From positions 53,196,001 through 53,260,000 of the forward strand of contig NC_059437.1 of NCBI RefSeq assembly GCF_021028975.2: a DNA stretch of 64,000 nt, read 5' to 3'. The notes under the pieces are model-generated. The model was not told the DNA's origin. It saw nothing but the letters and a program-made list of their open reading frames with translations, and searched no databases. The translations under genes were made by a program, and so were the position numbers. Positions 11,520 to 22,885 of the stretch are shown here, in pieces; position 1 is the first letter of the stretch; each line of letters starts with the position of its first letter. This DNA comes from Sphaerodactylus townsendi. Its lineage: Eukaryota.

Positions 11520-12788
11520 TTCTATTCCATCTTGTCTATTTGCTTTAGGGCCAGTTCACAAAGGACTTGTTACATGGATGCAAGGGGGAAGTCTACATAT
11601 CACCAAGGTGTGAAAATTGAATGTGTACCCACATTACCTCAGGCATACACCACAGATGTATATGTAGCAAAACCAAGAAAATTATATTTTCAAAGCCATT
11701 TCCCCTCCCAGAACAAAGATTTCAAACTAGGTTCTGAGCAATTTTGATGTTCCTTGGAAGCTTGTCAAAGGTTCCACAACGAGATCCATAATGGCAGACA
11801 GGTTTCTCTAAAGACAGTGTTGAACCAGGATCTGGGAAACTCCGGTACTTTCCCCACTCTCCTTGGAAGCTTACAGGATAACTCTGGGCCACTCACAGAC
11901 TAACCTACCTCCCAGGATTATTGTGACAATAAAATGGACAAGAGCAGAATCATGCAAGCCCCTCTGTGTTCCCCTTGGGGATTGGGCGGGATTTAAATAT
12001 AAATAAATAAATAAAAGTAGGGTACAAATGAAGTAAATAAATAAATGATCCTCCTTACAGGAATGTTGCAAGGATTTCACAAAGAAAATATACATTAAAC
12101 ACCTTGAACATTCAGAAGAACCACATAAATGCTAAGAAGGTGAAGACTTTTTTATTTCATCTGTCATACCCCCAAGTAATGGTTATTGGCCCTCTTCCCT
12201 GGCCTTGGTGTTGTCTGTTTATCTGTTTTTATTTAACTATTTTGTTATTTTAAATGTCATTTATTCATTTATGCCTCACCTCTATGCCTAGTGGGGACCC
12301 ACAAGAGTTTACACTATTCTCCTCTCCTTAAGCTTATCCTCACAACAAACCCAAACGGAAAAGAGCAGCATATTACATTTAATCAATAAAAATAATTAAT
12401 AATGTAATAAGTGAAAGATAAAGTAGATCTGAAAGTGGGTGACGGTCTGGCCCAAGGTCTCCCAGTGAGTTTCCATGGCACAAGTGGGAATTCGAGACTG
12501 TTTTTAGTAGTTCTTTTTTTAATGTATATCTCCTTGAGATCCCTGATCTGGTGCAAAGGTGGCATTTAAAAAACTTATAAATAAATAATATTAGTATTAA
12601 CAGAGCAGCAGGTTGGGGCATTTGCCCTGGCCAGTTGGCAAGCTAATTGCCCTCAAAAGTCCTCTTTTGCAAGCCTTCCGGTCCACCCAAAGGAATGCAC
12701 ACTCAGAAGCAAGTCGCAAAGGCATAGGCGACCCCCCCTTTTGCAAAATTCTATCGCTCTTCCGCATTTGCAAAATTTAAACACTCAC

Positions 12789-13075
12789 CACGCCGCTGGA
12801 AAAGCCCAGTTGCCCAAGTAGCTAGTTTGTCATCTGCAGCGGCCGATTCGTTAGATCAACAAGCCTCTCCTCCGCAGAAATGGATCCCTTAGACCTGGCA
12901 AGAGTGGCTGTTTAAAAGCAGGAATGTCTGTAAAATCAGAAACACCTCTTTCCCTCGGACTAGCCAAAGGGTTTAACCGCCGACTCTTACGCAGCACGCC
13001 GCGAATCCGCAGTTCGGAAAACAAAGACGCGCTTGCTTATGAGCTTCCCCGCGGGCGCCCCCTGCGGACGGAAGT
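12789..13075 (-). promoter_or_regulatory. SNRNP35: Probable SNRNP35 non-coding first exon and CpG-rich promoter
   Basis: Minus-strand donor GTGAGT at 12788-12783, local CpG enrichment, ETS motif CGGAAGT at 13069-13075. The 5' boundary is approximate. Confidence 0.6.
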
Positions 13076-13329
13076 CGGTATGTCATTTGTTTCAGGACTG
13101 ATGAGATTTAAGCTGCGGGGGGGGGGGGGGGGGAATTCCCATGTTAATGCAGCGCATTGTTTAGCCAAGTGGGCGCGTTTAATAAAAAATAGTGGGCTGC
13201 AGTTCTTCCTTCCTTCTTTCCCGCAGTGCCTGTTTGCCTTTCTTTCTCTTCCTTCCTTCCATTGCCTCTTAGGCTAATAGTCTGAAGCACACACTTCCAT
13301 TTTGATGGATGGTTCTACAAATCAAATTA

Positions 13330-13343
13330 TCATCATCATCATC

Positions 13344-13394
<51 letters not shown>

Positions 13395-13403
13395 AATAAT
13401 AAT
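13330..13403. repeat. Compound trinucleotide microsatellite (ATC)n(AAC)n(AAT)n
   Basis: Read directly from the sequence. Confidence 0.95.
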
Positions 13404-14424
13404 TTTAAAAAGCACATTAGTTTGTGTTATTTTCCTTAGCCCTACTGTGGATTTTTCTTTGGACACAAACACACAATACCTTTTTATTAACAATTTTACT
13501 AAGGCTCATGGAGCAAAGATGAACTGCTAAGCAAACATACGTAAGATCTGAGATCAGATGAAGATGGGTAGCAAAATACTACAGTTCCTGGTTTCTGTTG
13601 TTGTTGTTTTTAATTGGCCCATGCCAACACAATTGTTCAATTCAGTAGCAAAACCCGGAAAACTTACCTCGGAGAGATTCTGATGGTTAATATTAGGGTT
13701 GTTTTCCCGTCTAATTCTTATTCCACCCGACAGGACAGCAGGTGTGTTTTCTCTGGCCCCCTTCGATCCACATAACAACCCTGCAAGGTAGGTCAGGCTG
13801 GGCAAGAGTGACTCATCCCAACTGGATGGGGATCTGAGTGCAGCTCTCCCCAGCCTTTGAACTACTCCTCCCCCCCCACCCCTGTTGGTTCACCAGCAGA
13901 TGACGAAGACGGAAGACAGGTCTCAGTACTAGGTCCTTTTTATTTTATTTTTTAAAATCAATCAATATGAATGGTGACTGCCCCAGACAATAATTCAACA
14001 TATCCAGCAATATTGCCCCCAACTTCAGCCTTCCTCAGCAGCTACACATGTTTTTTTAAGCATAAGCATTTATTGTCATTGTGCACGCACAACGAAATTT
14101 ACACAACGAAGGTTGCCCATGCGGCATACAAATGTCTTCCAGGACTGCCTGCCAACTTCCCCTCCGGCTCCATGGCAACCTTCCCCTTTAGCCCCACCTC
14201 TCCTTCTGGCTTTTGATTGGGGCCCGCAGAGCTCCCCCCGCAGGGCAGATTGGCAGGAGTCAGTCCCAGATGAAAGTTTCAGAGGAGGAAGGAAGTTGCT
14301 GGGTGTTGCGACTTTGTCTGACTGGCTGCATGAGCCAGAAGAGCTGTCCCTGGCCAGGGAAGGACAGCTGGACCCCCCTCCCTCTCCTCCCTGCTTTCCC
14401 CCACTAGGTACCCCCTTCCTTGGC

Positions 14425-14775
14425 ATGCATGCTGAACACCCCCAGGAGGAGGCTGAGCAGGAGGAAGAGGAAGGCAGTGGCTGCGAGCCCGAAGGGGCTT
14501 TTCGGAAGGACCCCTTCCAGCTGACAGTGGAGGATGTCTATGACATGTCTTATGTCTTGGGGAGGGAGCTGCACAAGATCAGCAGCGAGCCTCGGCTGGA
14601 GGTGCCGGCCAGGGTAGCGCATCTGCAGTTCAAGGTGGTCGGTGTGCTGGAGATGCTGGAAGCCTTGGTGAATGACAGCAGCCTGGCGGTGGAAGCCCTG
14701 AAGATGGAGAGGGACAACCTCAAAAGAGAAGTGGAGCAGCTCCGGGCACAGGAGTCCCACGGCTCCACACAAGAG
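14425..14775 (+). CDS. RILPL2: RILPL2 exon 1 (coding part)
   Basis: [16 protein letters not shown]...HGSTQE, then GTAGG donor. Confidence 0.9.
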
Positions 14776-17700
14776 GTAGGCGGCCCGTGGCTGTATGATG
14801 GTTTGTGAGGATTGTCGTTACTTTTTTTAAAGGAAGCGCTGGGAAACAGCCTTTCCTGGACCCCCTCCGCTGTCACATCAGTTATGAGGAAGCTGCTTTG
14901 ATTTACTCACTGGGAAAGGATAGGAGGTACACTCATGGGTGACCCTGGGCCAGTCACATGCTCTCAGCCTGGCCTACCTCACAGAGTTGTTGTGAGGATA
15001 AAATGGAGGAGAGGTAAATGATGTAAGATCAGTGGTGGGATCCAAAAATTTTAGTAACGGGGTTCCCATGGTGGTGGGATTCAAACTGTGGCATAGCGCC
15101 AGTAGGGCTGGGTGGGGCACAACAGGGGCGTGGCCGGGCATTCTGGGGGCAGGGCATTCCTGGGCGGGGCTGTGGCAAGGATGCAGCCTTTCGCCAGTCC
15201 TTGGGCGGGAAACGAATGCCCGCAGGCGCAGGCTGCCACGCACGCCGGTGCACCTCCTGTTAGACTGCTTCAAGTTCTGCACGCTACTGCTGAGAGGAGG
15301 GGCGTAACTAAGGCAAAAATCACGTGGCAAAATCACCCATTAGTAACCCCCTCTCGGCACACACAAATATTAGTAACCTACTCTTGGGAACCTGTGAGAA
15401 CCTGCTGGATCCCACCTCTGTGTAAGGTGCTTTGGGTCCCCATTGGGGAGAAAGACAGGGTACAAATGAATACAAAAATTAAAAATTGCTGTTGGGCACA
15501 GAGGTTTCAGTTAACCAATCGTGGCTAATCACCGTTAGGGGCCTCTCAGCCACAAATTTGTCAAACCTTTTTTAAAAAGCTGTTTCCGTTAGTGGCTGTC
15601 ACCTCATCTTGCTATATAAATTGGAATGGACGGACCCCTTGTGCCTTTGGAGATTCTTGGGGGGCACTTCCTGTACCGGGATTTCAGATGTGAAAACTAT
15701 CCTTTACAGCCCATCTTTCCTGCTAAATCTCAAAGCAACTTTTAAAATATTTTTGTTCTGCTTTCTGTTCTGCATTTGAGTCTTTCACACAAGTCACACA
15801 AGCCAGGGGTCAGCTGTTGCTTGACTTTTCAAGTATGAAAACATCCTAAGCCAGAGCAATAGCTACGCTTTTTGGTGGGTGCCTGAAATTTAAGAATTAT
15901 TGAAATACTTGTATGATGAAGTCATGTAAAATTCTCCTCGGAAATTGAAAGAATTATACCATCATAAGAACATAAGAACTAGCCTGCTGGATCAGACCAG
16001 AGTCCATCTAGTCCAGCACTCTGCTACTCGCAGTGGCCCCCTGGACCCCCTCCGCTGTCACATCAGTTATAAGGTGCCTTTGGGAGCTCACGTGCAGGAT
16101 GTGAAAGCAATGGCCTTCTGCTGCTGCTGCTGCTCCCGAGCACCTGGTCTGCTAAGGCATTTGCAATCTCAGATCAAGGAGGATCAAGATTGGTAGCCAT
16201 AGATCGACTGCTCCTCCATAAATCTATCCAAGCCCCTTTTAAAGCTATCCAGGTTAGTGACCATCACCACCTCCTGTGGCAGCATATTCCAAACACCAAT
16301 CACACGTTGCGTGAAGAAGTGTTTCCTTTTATTAGTCCTAATTCTTCCCCCCAGCATTTTCAATGAATGCCCCCTGGTTCTAGTATTGTGAGAAAGAGAG
16401 AAACATTTCTCGCTGTCAACATTCTCTACCCCATGCATAATTTTATAGACTTCAATCATATCACCCCTCAGACGTCTCCTCTCCAAACTAAAGAGTCCCA
16501 AACGCTGCAGCCTCTCCTCATAAGGAAGGTGCTCCAGTCCCTCAATCATCCTCGTTGCCCTTCTCTGCACTTTTTCTATCTCTTCATAAGAACATAAGAA
16601 CATACGAACAAGCCAGCTGGATCAGACCAAAGTCCATCTAGTCCAGCTCTCTGCTACTCGCAGTGGCCCACCAGGTGCCTTTGGGAGCTCACATGTAGGA
16701 TGTGAACGCAATGGCCTTCTCAAGTGCTGTTGCTCCCCGGATCACCTGGTCTTGTTAAAGGCATTTGCAATCTCAGATCAAGGAGGATCAAGATTGGTAG
16801 CCATAAATCGACTTCTCCTCCATAAATCTGTCCAAGCCCCTTTTAAAGCTATCCAGGTTAGTGGCCATCACCACCTCCTGTGGCAGCATATTCCAAACAC
16901 CAATCACACGTGGTGTGAAGAAGTGTTTCCTTTTATTAGTCCTAATTCTTCCCCCCAGCATTTTCAATGAATGCCCCCTGGTTCTAGTATTGTGAGAAAG
17001 AGAGAAAAATTTCTCTCTGTCAACATTTTCTACCCCATGCATAATTTTGTAGAGCTTCCCCCAAATCATATCCCCCCTCAGCCAGCCTCCTCTCCAAACT
17101 ACAAAGAGTCCCCAAACGCTTGCAGCCTCTCCTCATAGGGAAGGTGCTCCAGTCCCTCAATCATCCTTGTTGCCCTTCTCTGCACTTTTTTTTTTTTTCT
17201 ATCTCCCTCAATATCCTTTTGAGATGGCTAATTGTGAACTTTGGATACAGTTACTCCCAAGTGCGGGCTCAGCGATCCACTGCTTTCACTATAAGGGCGT
17301 ATGACAATCTTTGCAGTTTTATTCTCCAATTCCTTTCCTAATTATCCCCAGCATAGAGCTTCTGCCTTCCTTTTTCACAGCTGCCATGCATTGAGGTTGA
17401 CATTCCCATGTGAACTATCAACTAAGACAGCCTAAAATCCCTTTCCTGGTCTGTGCACTGATAGCACTGACCCCCTGTAGCGTCAATATGTGAAGTTTGG
17501 ATTTATTGCCCCTATGTGCATCACTTTACATTTTGCTACATTGAACTTTGCATTTGCCATTTCTTAGCCCACTCACCTAATTTATCAAGGTACTCTTGGA
17601 GCTCTTCGCAATCCTTTGTGGTTCTCACCACCCTACATAATTTGGTATCATCTGCAAACTTGGCCACCACGCTACCCACCCCTACTTCCAGGTCATTTAT

Positions 17701-20676
17701 GAATAGTTTAAAGAGCACTGGTCCCAAAACGGATCCTTGGGGGACACCACTCCCGACATCTCTCCATTGTGAGAACTTCCCATTTACACCCACTCTTTGT
17801 TTCCTGTTTCTCAACTAGTTTTTAATCCATAGGAGGACTTCCCCTCTTATTCCTTCATTGCTGAGTTTTCTCAACAGTCTCTGGTGAGGAACTTTGTCAA
17901 AAGCCTTTTGGAAATCCAAGTAGACAATGTCCACCGGTTCACCCCTGTCCACATGCCAAGATCCTTTTTGAGATGTGGCGACCAGAACTGAACACAGTAC
18001 TCCAAGTGCGGTCGCATCAAGCATCTTGGGTTCAGTTCTACTCTTTACAATCATTTCTGGAGGGAAAAGACATTTAATATGCCTTTCCACTTGGTGGTCT
18101 TGCAACCAGCATTTATATTTTCCAGCATATATTTTATCCTCATGGTTGTAAATCTCATGGTCCTTCTCCGAGCCACTAGGATGGGCAGTTAAATACTTGG
18201 ATTTAAAAAAATCATCTTGTATGGCCTCCTAGGTCAGCCTCGGCCCCAACCAGATGGTCATAGACCTGGCGGACGCCAACCGGCCTCGCTTCACGCTGCA
18301 GGAACTGCGGGAGGTACTCCAGGAACGGAACCAGTTGAAGGCCCAGCTGATGGTAGCACAAGAAGAGCTGCAGTTGTACAAAAGGTGCGAAAGAGCACCT
18401 GGTCTGCTAAGGCCACATCTGCTTCATTAGACACTGGGGGCAGGCAGGGAGAAGAGACTCAGTGGTTAAGGCTCTCCATATGCATGTGCCCAGAGGGACC
18501 AATAGGGTCCTACTGCTCAAGGGGACATATGGGATCAAATGTCCCCGGGCTGCGGCCATTTAGTCACATGGGAGGCGGAAAATCACCCCCCAACCCCTCC
18601 TCTTTCCTCCTGGGTCCATACACTGACTTCAAGTCCTGGTGCAAAAAAAATTGTATGGTCGTGGTTCGGGGCGGGGGGTGGCCGCCCATGCGGAGGGTGG
18701 GGGAGGGCGGGAAGATTTTGCACCGGGCAATTTGCCCTGAATACGCCTCTGCCAGCACCACAGAAAATTCTGCTGCCTGTGCCAAACACAGGTCTCAATA
18801 AGGGGGATCTAGGAGACAGAAATGTAGCATTTTAAAAGAGACTGTCATACTGTGAAGAGTGAGGTGTGGTTTACCCATATTGGAAAATAAGGAGGCAGAG
18901 TCCTGAGGCGGAAGAAGAGGGTCTGTGGCTCAGTGACAAATCCACATTTTGCATTGAAGGGGGAAAAAAAATCCACATTTTGCATTGAAGGGGGAAAAGA
19001 AAATCTTCTCCCTTTCCTTCTCTCCAGTGGCTACATCTCCCAGAAGCAGAATCCAGTCAAGCAGAACCACAAGGAACCCATGGCGGGCACCACCTCTGGT
19101 TCAAGTAGAGGAAGTGAAGAGAAAACCACAATAAAGCGCCTGTGAGTAGTGCAGCTACATCTTCGGAGGTTTGGGAGAGAGTAAACAAAATGCTGAAAAA
19201 GCACAGATTTGGGTTTTGCACCAAGGTTTTTTTAAGAACATAAGAACTCACCTGCTGGATCAGACCAGAGTCCATCTAGTCCAGCACTCTGCTACTCGCA
19301 GTGGCCCACCAGGTGCCTTTGGGAGCTCACGTGCAGGAGGTGAAAGCAATGGCCTTCTGCTGCTGCTGCTCCCGAGCACCTGGACTGTTAAGGCATTTGC
19401 AATCTGAGATCAAGGAGGATCAAGATGGGTAGCCATAGATCGACTTCTCCTCCATAAATCTGTCCAAGCCCTTTTTAAAGCTATCCATGTTTTAGCTTCG
19501 TGTTGGAACATTAGCACACTTAGTACTCAGCAGATGGCCAGAAGCAAAGCTGCCCTAGACAAACCGCTAGAATAGTTACTGGGCCTGCTGGGGTTTAATT
19601 TGTTCACAACTGGCTGTCAAGGGAAACAATGCCAGGTCCCATTTCTTCTCAGTTTCCTACAAGGTGAGGTCTGGTACCTGCCAGCTGCAGTGGAGTGAAT
19701 GAACGATGCACCTTATAAAAAGCCAAACGCTGGCCAACCGGTCGGTGGCAGTTGGCCCTTTAAGAATCCGGCACCCACTGACTGATGGCTTTTCAACAGC
19801 CAGCTGACAATCAGGGAGGCGGAGAGGTGGCAGAAGGTGCCCCTTTTGGGCCCTCATAAGCTGGACTGCATTCCCATAAGGCTCCTGAGCAGAGGAGGGC
19901 CCTGGGTTTGGGGGTGGCTTGGGTTTGGGGGTGGGAGGCAGGCCTGCTGTGGCTCCCTGCTCAGGAGTAGAGCTAAAGAGGAGGTGGGATAGGATGGTAC
20001 CCACCCCTCTGCCCTGCTCCAAGACCAAGGAACTTCATCCAAATTAGGCCCTGGGTCCCCATGCTGAACTGGACGGGAGGGGCCGGCAATAAACAGAGAA
20101 GGGATCAGTTATTCAGGATGGGAAGAATCTAGGTGTCAAACTCATGGCCCTCCAGATGTTCATGAACTACAATTCCCATCAGCCCTTGCCAGTATGGCCA
20201 GTGTTGGGAGGGACTGATGGGAATTGTAGTTCATGAACATCTGGAGGGCCACGAGTTTGACACCCCTGATCTAGGAGCTCCTAAAAGCTTTTTCTTCCAA
20301 GCCTGGCAAGTACAAAACAACCTAGTCACTGAGGTTCAATGAAGGTGCCAAAAGATGCATCGTGGGGCCCAGAATCTCTGCTATTCCACTCCAACTTGGC
20401 CAATCCTCTCTATTCAGATAGCCCTTGGAAATTAGCTTTCTCAATTTCGTCATCACTCCCCGCTTCGTTCCATTGACTACACCTTTTATTTCACCTGAGA
20501 CATCAAGAAGTTCATGTTCCGCTTTAACTTCTTTTGGCAAGAACTACTAGAGCCCTTCTCCGCACTGACAGGAGCCTGGGGGCCAGCTTGCCCTCTGGGG
20601 CTTCTCTTCTCATTCATGTGGCTTCACCGCTTTCTTCCCTTTTGATTGCAGGTTTGCTTTTAAAAGACCAAGATGA
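14425..20676 (+). CDS. RILPL2: RILP-like protein 2, 4 coding exons, 213 aa
   Basis: Exons 14425-14775, 18233-18384, 19028-19141, 20652-20676. RH1 region ([20 protein letters not shown]) and RH2 ([18 protein letters not shown]). GT-AG, phase-consistent. AATAAA at 20898-20903. Confidence 0.94.
15030..15420 (+). mobile_element. Non-autonomous hAT (CAGTGGTGGGATCC termini) nested in an older SINE
   Basis: TSD TGTAAGAT/TGTAAGGT; homologous to 21102-21477. Confidence 0.88.
15963..16583 (-). mobile_element. CR1 LINE, 5'-truncated (ORF2 C-terminus and 3' UTR)
   Basis: [38 protein letters not shown]; (TTCTTATG)n tail. Confidence 0.93.
16586..18020 (-). mobile_element. CR1 LINE, 5'-truncated, RT domain, frameshifted
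   Basis: [32 protein letters not shown]; same tail; out-of-order fragment at about 17957-18020. Confidence 0.93.
18233..18384 (+). CDS. RILPL2: RILPL2 exon 2
   Basis: [50 protein letters not shown]; AG/GT flanks. Confidence 0.95.
18938..18998. repeat. About 30-bp tandem duplication upstream of RILPL2 exon 3
   Basis: AAATCCACATTTTGCATTGAAGGGGGAAAA x2. Confidence 0.9.
19028..19141 (+). CDS. RILPL2: RILPL2 exon 3
   Basis: (S)GYISQKQ...EEKTTIKR(L); CAG acceptor and GTGAGT donor. Confidence 0.9.
19233..19490 (-). mobile_element. CR1 LINE 3' end
   Basis: Same 3' UTR and tail as the 15963 and 16586 copies. Confidence 0.88.
20132..20268. mobile_element. Palindromic hAT MITE
   Basis: Inverted repeat with ATCTAGG on both sides; left TIR clipped. 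Confidence 0.82.
20652..20676 (+). CDS. RILPL2: RILPL2 exon 4 (coding part)
   Basis: Pyrimidine tract and TTGCAG, (L)FAFKRPR-TGA, poly(A) signal about 220 nt downstream. Confidence 0.75.
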
Positions 20677-21101
20677 AGAGCTGCTGTGTTGTGACTCAAG
20701 AGGAAAAAAAAGTGTTAAAAGAAGAAAGCATGTTTTTTTTTAAAATAACAACCCTGATCTCTGAAGTTTTAGGATTTGTGTTAATTTTCCAGTGTTCCTT
20801 TCATTTTGCATTTGTGTACTACAGTTTCTATGGAGGAAGACTGTTTCTCATCTGTCAACCTCATACCGGAAATCTTTTTTTGTCTACAAGAGGCAAAAAT
20901 AAATTAATGCGCTTTTGTCTTCAGTTGCTTTCTGAGACAGATTTGCTGGTATTGTTGTCACTCTCCCATGGAGAGATGTTGTTGTTCTGGGTAGTTACTG
21001 GATAACTAGGATATTTATGCTGATTTGAAGAAACTTTAGTCAAGGAGTCACTTGGGGCTTTTAAAAAGCCATAATCCAGACTAAAAACTGCACAAGATAG
21101 C

Positions 21102-21477
21102 CAGTGGTGGGATCCAAAAATTTTAGTAACAGGTTCCCATGGTGGTGGGATTCAAACTGTGGCGTAGCACCAATGGGGCTGGGCGTGGCACGACGGGGGC
21201 GTGGCCGGGCATTCCTGGGCGGGGCTGTGGCAAGGGCGCAGCTGCTGCGCCGGTCCTTGGGCAGGAAACGAATGCACACAGGCGCAGGCTGCCACGCACG
21301 CCGGTGCACCTCCTGCTAGACTGCTTCAAGTTCTGCGCGCTACTGCTGAGAGGAGGGGCGTAACTAGGGCAAAAATCACGTGGCAAAATCACCCATTAGT
21401 AACCCCCTCTCGGCACACACAAATAATTAGTAACCTACTCTCGGGAACCTGTGAGAACCTGCTGGATCCCACCTCTG
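21102..21477 (+). mobile_element. Non-autonomous hAT (CAGTGGTGGGATCC termini)
   Basis: TSD AAGATAGC. Confidence 0.88.
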
Positions 21478-21713
21478 AAGATAGCATTGGGAGCTGCTGT
21501 AAAGGGAAGCCGCAGAAGCCCTGCTAATTCACACCAACAGGGCATGTGTTCCAACTTCCCATTTCCTCCAGTGGCCAGTGACATTCCTCAGAGTTGTTCA
21601 GCAGTTAAGGAGTGAAAGAAATCCCAGCAAAGCCAGCAAACGATTCAACCCACTTGAAAACACAGTCAAGTACAGCTGACTTCACTCCCCTATCCCTGCA
21701 TAACTGAAAATAC

Positions 21714-22037
21714 AACAGTGCAGTATAGTGATTAAAAGCATGTGGATTCTAATCTGGAGAACTGGATTTGATTCCCCACTCCTCTACCTGAGTGGCAGAG
21801 TGGTGGTGAACCAGATGTCTTTCCACACTCCCACTGAGTGGTGAACCAGATGTCTTTCCGCACTCCTACATTCCTGCTGGGTGACCTTGGGCTAGTCACA
21901 GTTCTTCAGAACTCTCTCAGCCCCACCTACCTCACAAGGTGCCTGTTGTGGGGAGAGGGAGGGAAAGGAGCTTGTAGGCCACCTTGAGTCTCCTTACAAG
22001 AGAGAAAGGTGGGGTATCAATCCAAATTCCTCTTCTT
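21714..22037 (+). mobile_element. tRNA-derived SINE (Squam3-like) with internal duplication
   Basis: Similar to the 7549 copy; TGGTGAACCAGATGTCTTTCC is duplicated. Confidence 0.75.
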
Positions 22038-22418
22038 ATGCCCTTGTATAGATTTATACTGCAGTCACACTTGAAATACCCCATATAATTCCAGTTTTTC
22101 TCTCACAGAAAGGGTAAGGTTTTCATGCCCTCCTGCTAAATTTGCTGAAAACATCAGAGTGGCCCCTTTGGGAAAGGGGATGCCGGCAGGATACTGGTCC
22201 AGTCCAGCAGGGATCTTCTTACATTCTAACCTGCCCCTGTTTGCCAACACCAGTGGCATTTAGAGATACGTTGCCTCAAAACAGGTTTATTTGCCTGTTC
22301 TCTGCAGTCCTTAATTTCTCAGCTACTGGCTATGTCCTATGGCAGTAAATTCCAGTTATACATAGATTTTTATAAGCTCGGAGACATGAATCCCAGTTTG
22401 TCACGGGGAAAAGAAGTA

Positions 22419-22720
22419 GGAGCAGCAGTGGCGTAGGAGGTTAAGAGCTCGTGTATCTAATCTGGAGGAACTGGGTTTGATTCCCAGCTCTGCCGCCTGA
22501 GCTGTGGAGGCTGATCTGGGGAATTCAGATTAGCCTGTGCACTCCCACACATGCCAGCTGGGTGACCTTGGGCTAGTCACAGCTTCCTGGAGCTCTCTCA
22601 GCCCCACCTACCTCACAGGGTGTTTGTTGTGAGGCGGGAAGGGCAAGGAGATTGTAAGCCCCTTTGAGTCTCCTGCAGGAGAGAAAGGGGGGATATAAAT
22701 CCAAACTCTTCTTCTTCTTC
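22419..22720 (+). mobile_element. Young tRNA-derived SINE (Squam3-like)
   Basis: Nearly identical to 59534-59833; (CTT)n tail. Confidence 0.85.
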
Positions 22721-22870
22721 TCTGCCACCATTCTGAAGAGGGGCTGTAAAACTGACATCAAACCTCCAACTCCGTCCAGGGGCTCACAATGCGAAAGGTA
22801 AGTTGAGCAAGACAAAGAGAAAAGCTATGAAGGTTATAATAGCCGGTTCCCTGTTAATAAATAGCTCACT

Positions 22871-22885
22871 TTTATTTCATTTATT
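22871..22885 (-). terminator. Probable KMT5A polyadenylation signals, implying a 3' UTR of about 3 kb
   Basis: Two minus-strand AATAAA hexamers (22876-22871, 22885-22880), preceded in transcript direction by TGTA/AU-rich sequence. Confidence 0.6.

Noticed and set aside
9000-13100. USSE-like tandem U11 binding sites (as in SNRNP48 and RNPC3 feedback) in SNRNP35
   Set aside because: No tandem RTATCYTT pair seen on the SNRNP35 strand by eye.
18217-18801. 194-aa ORF over RILPL2 exon 2
   Set aside because: Wrong frame; runs on into intronic repeat sequence.
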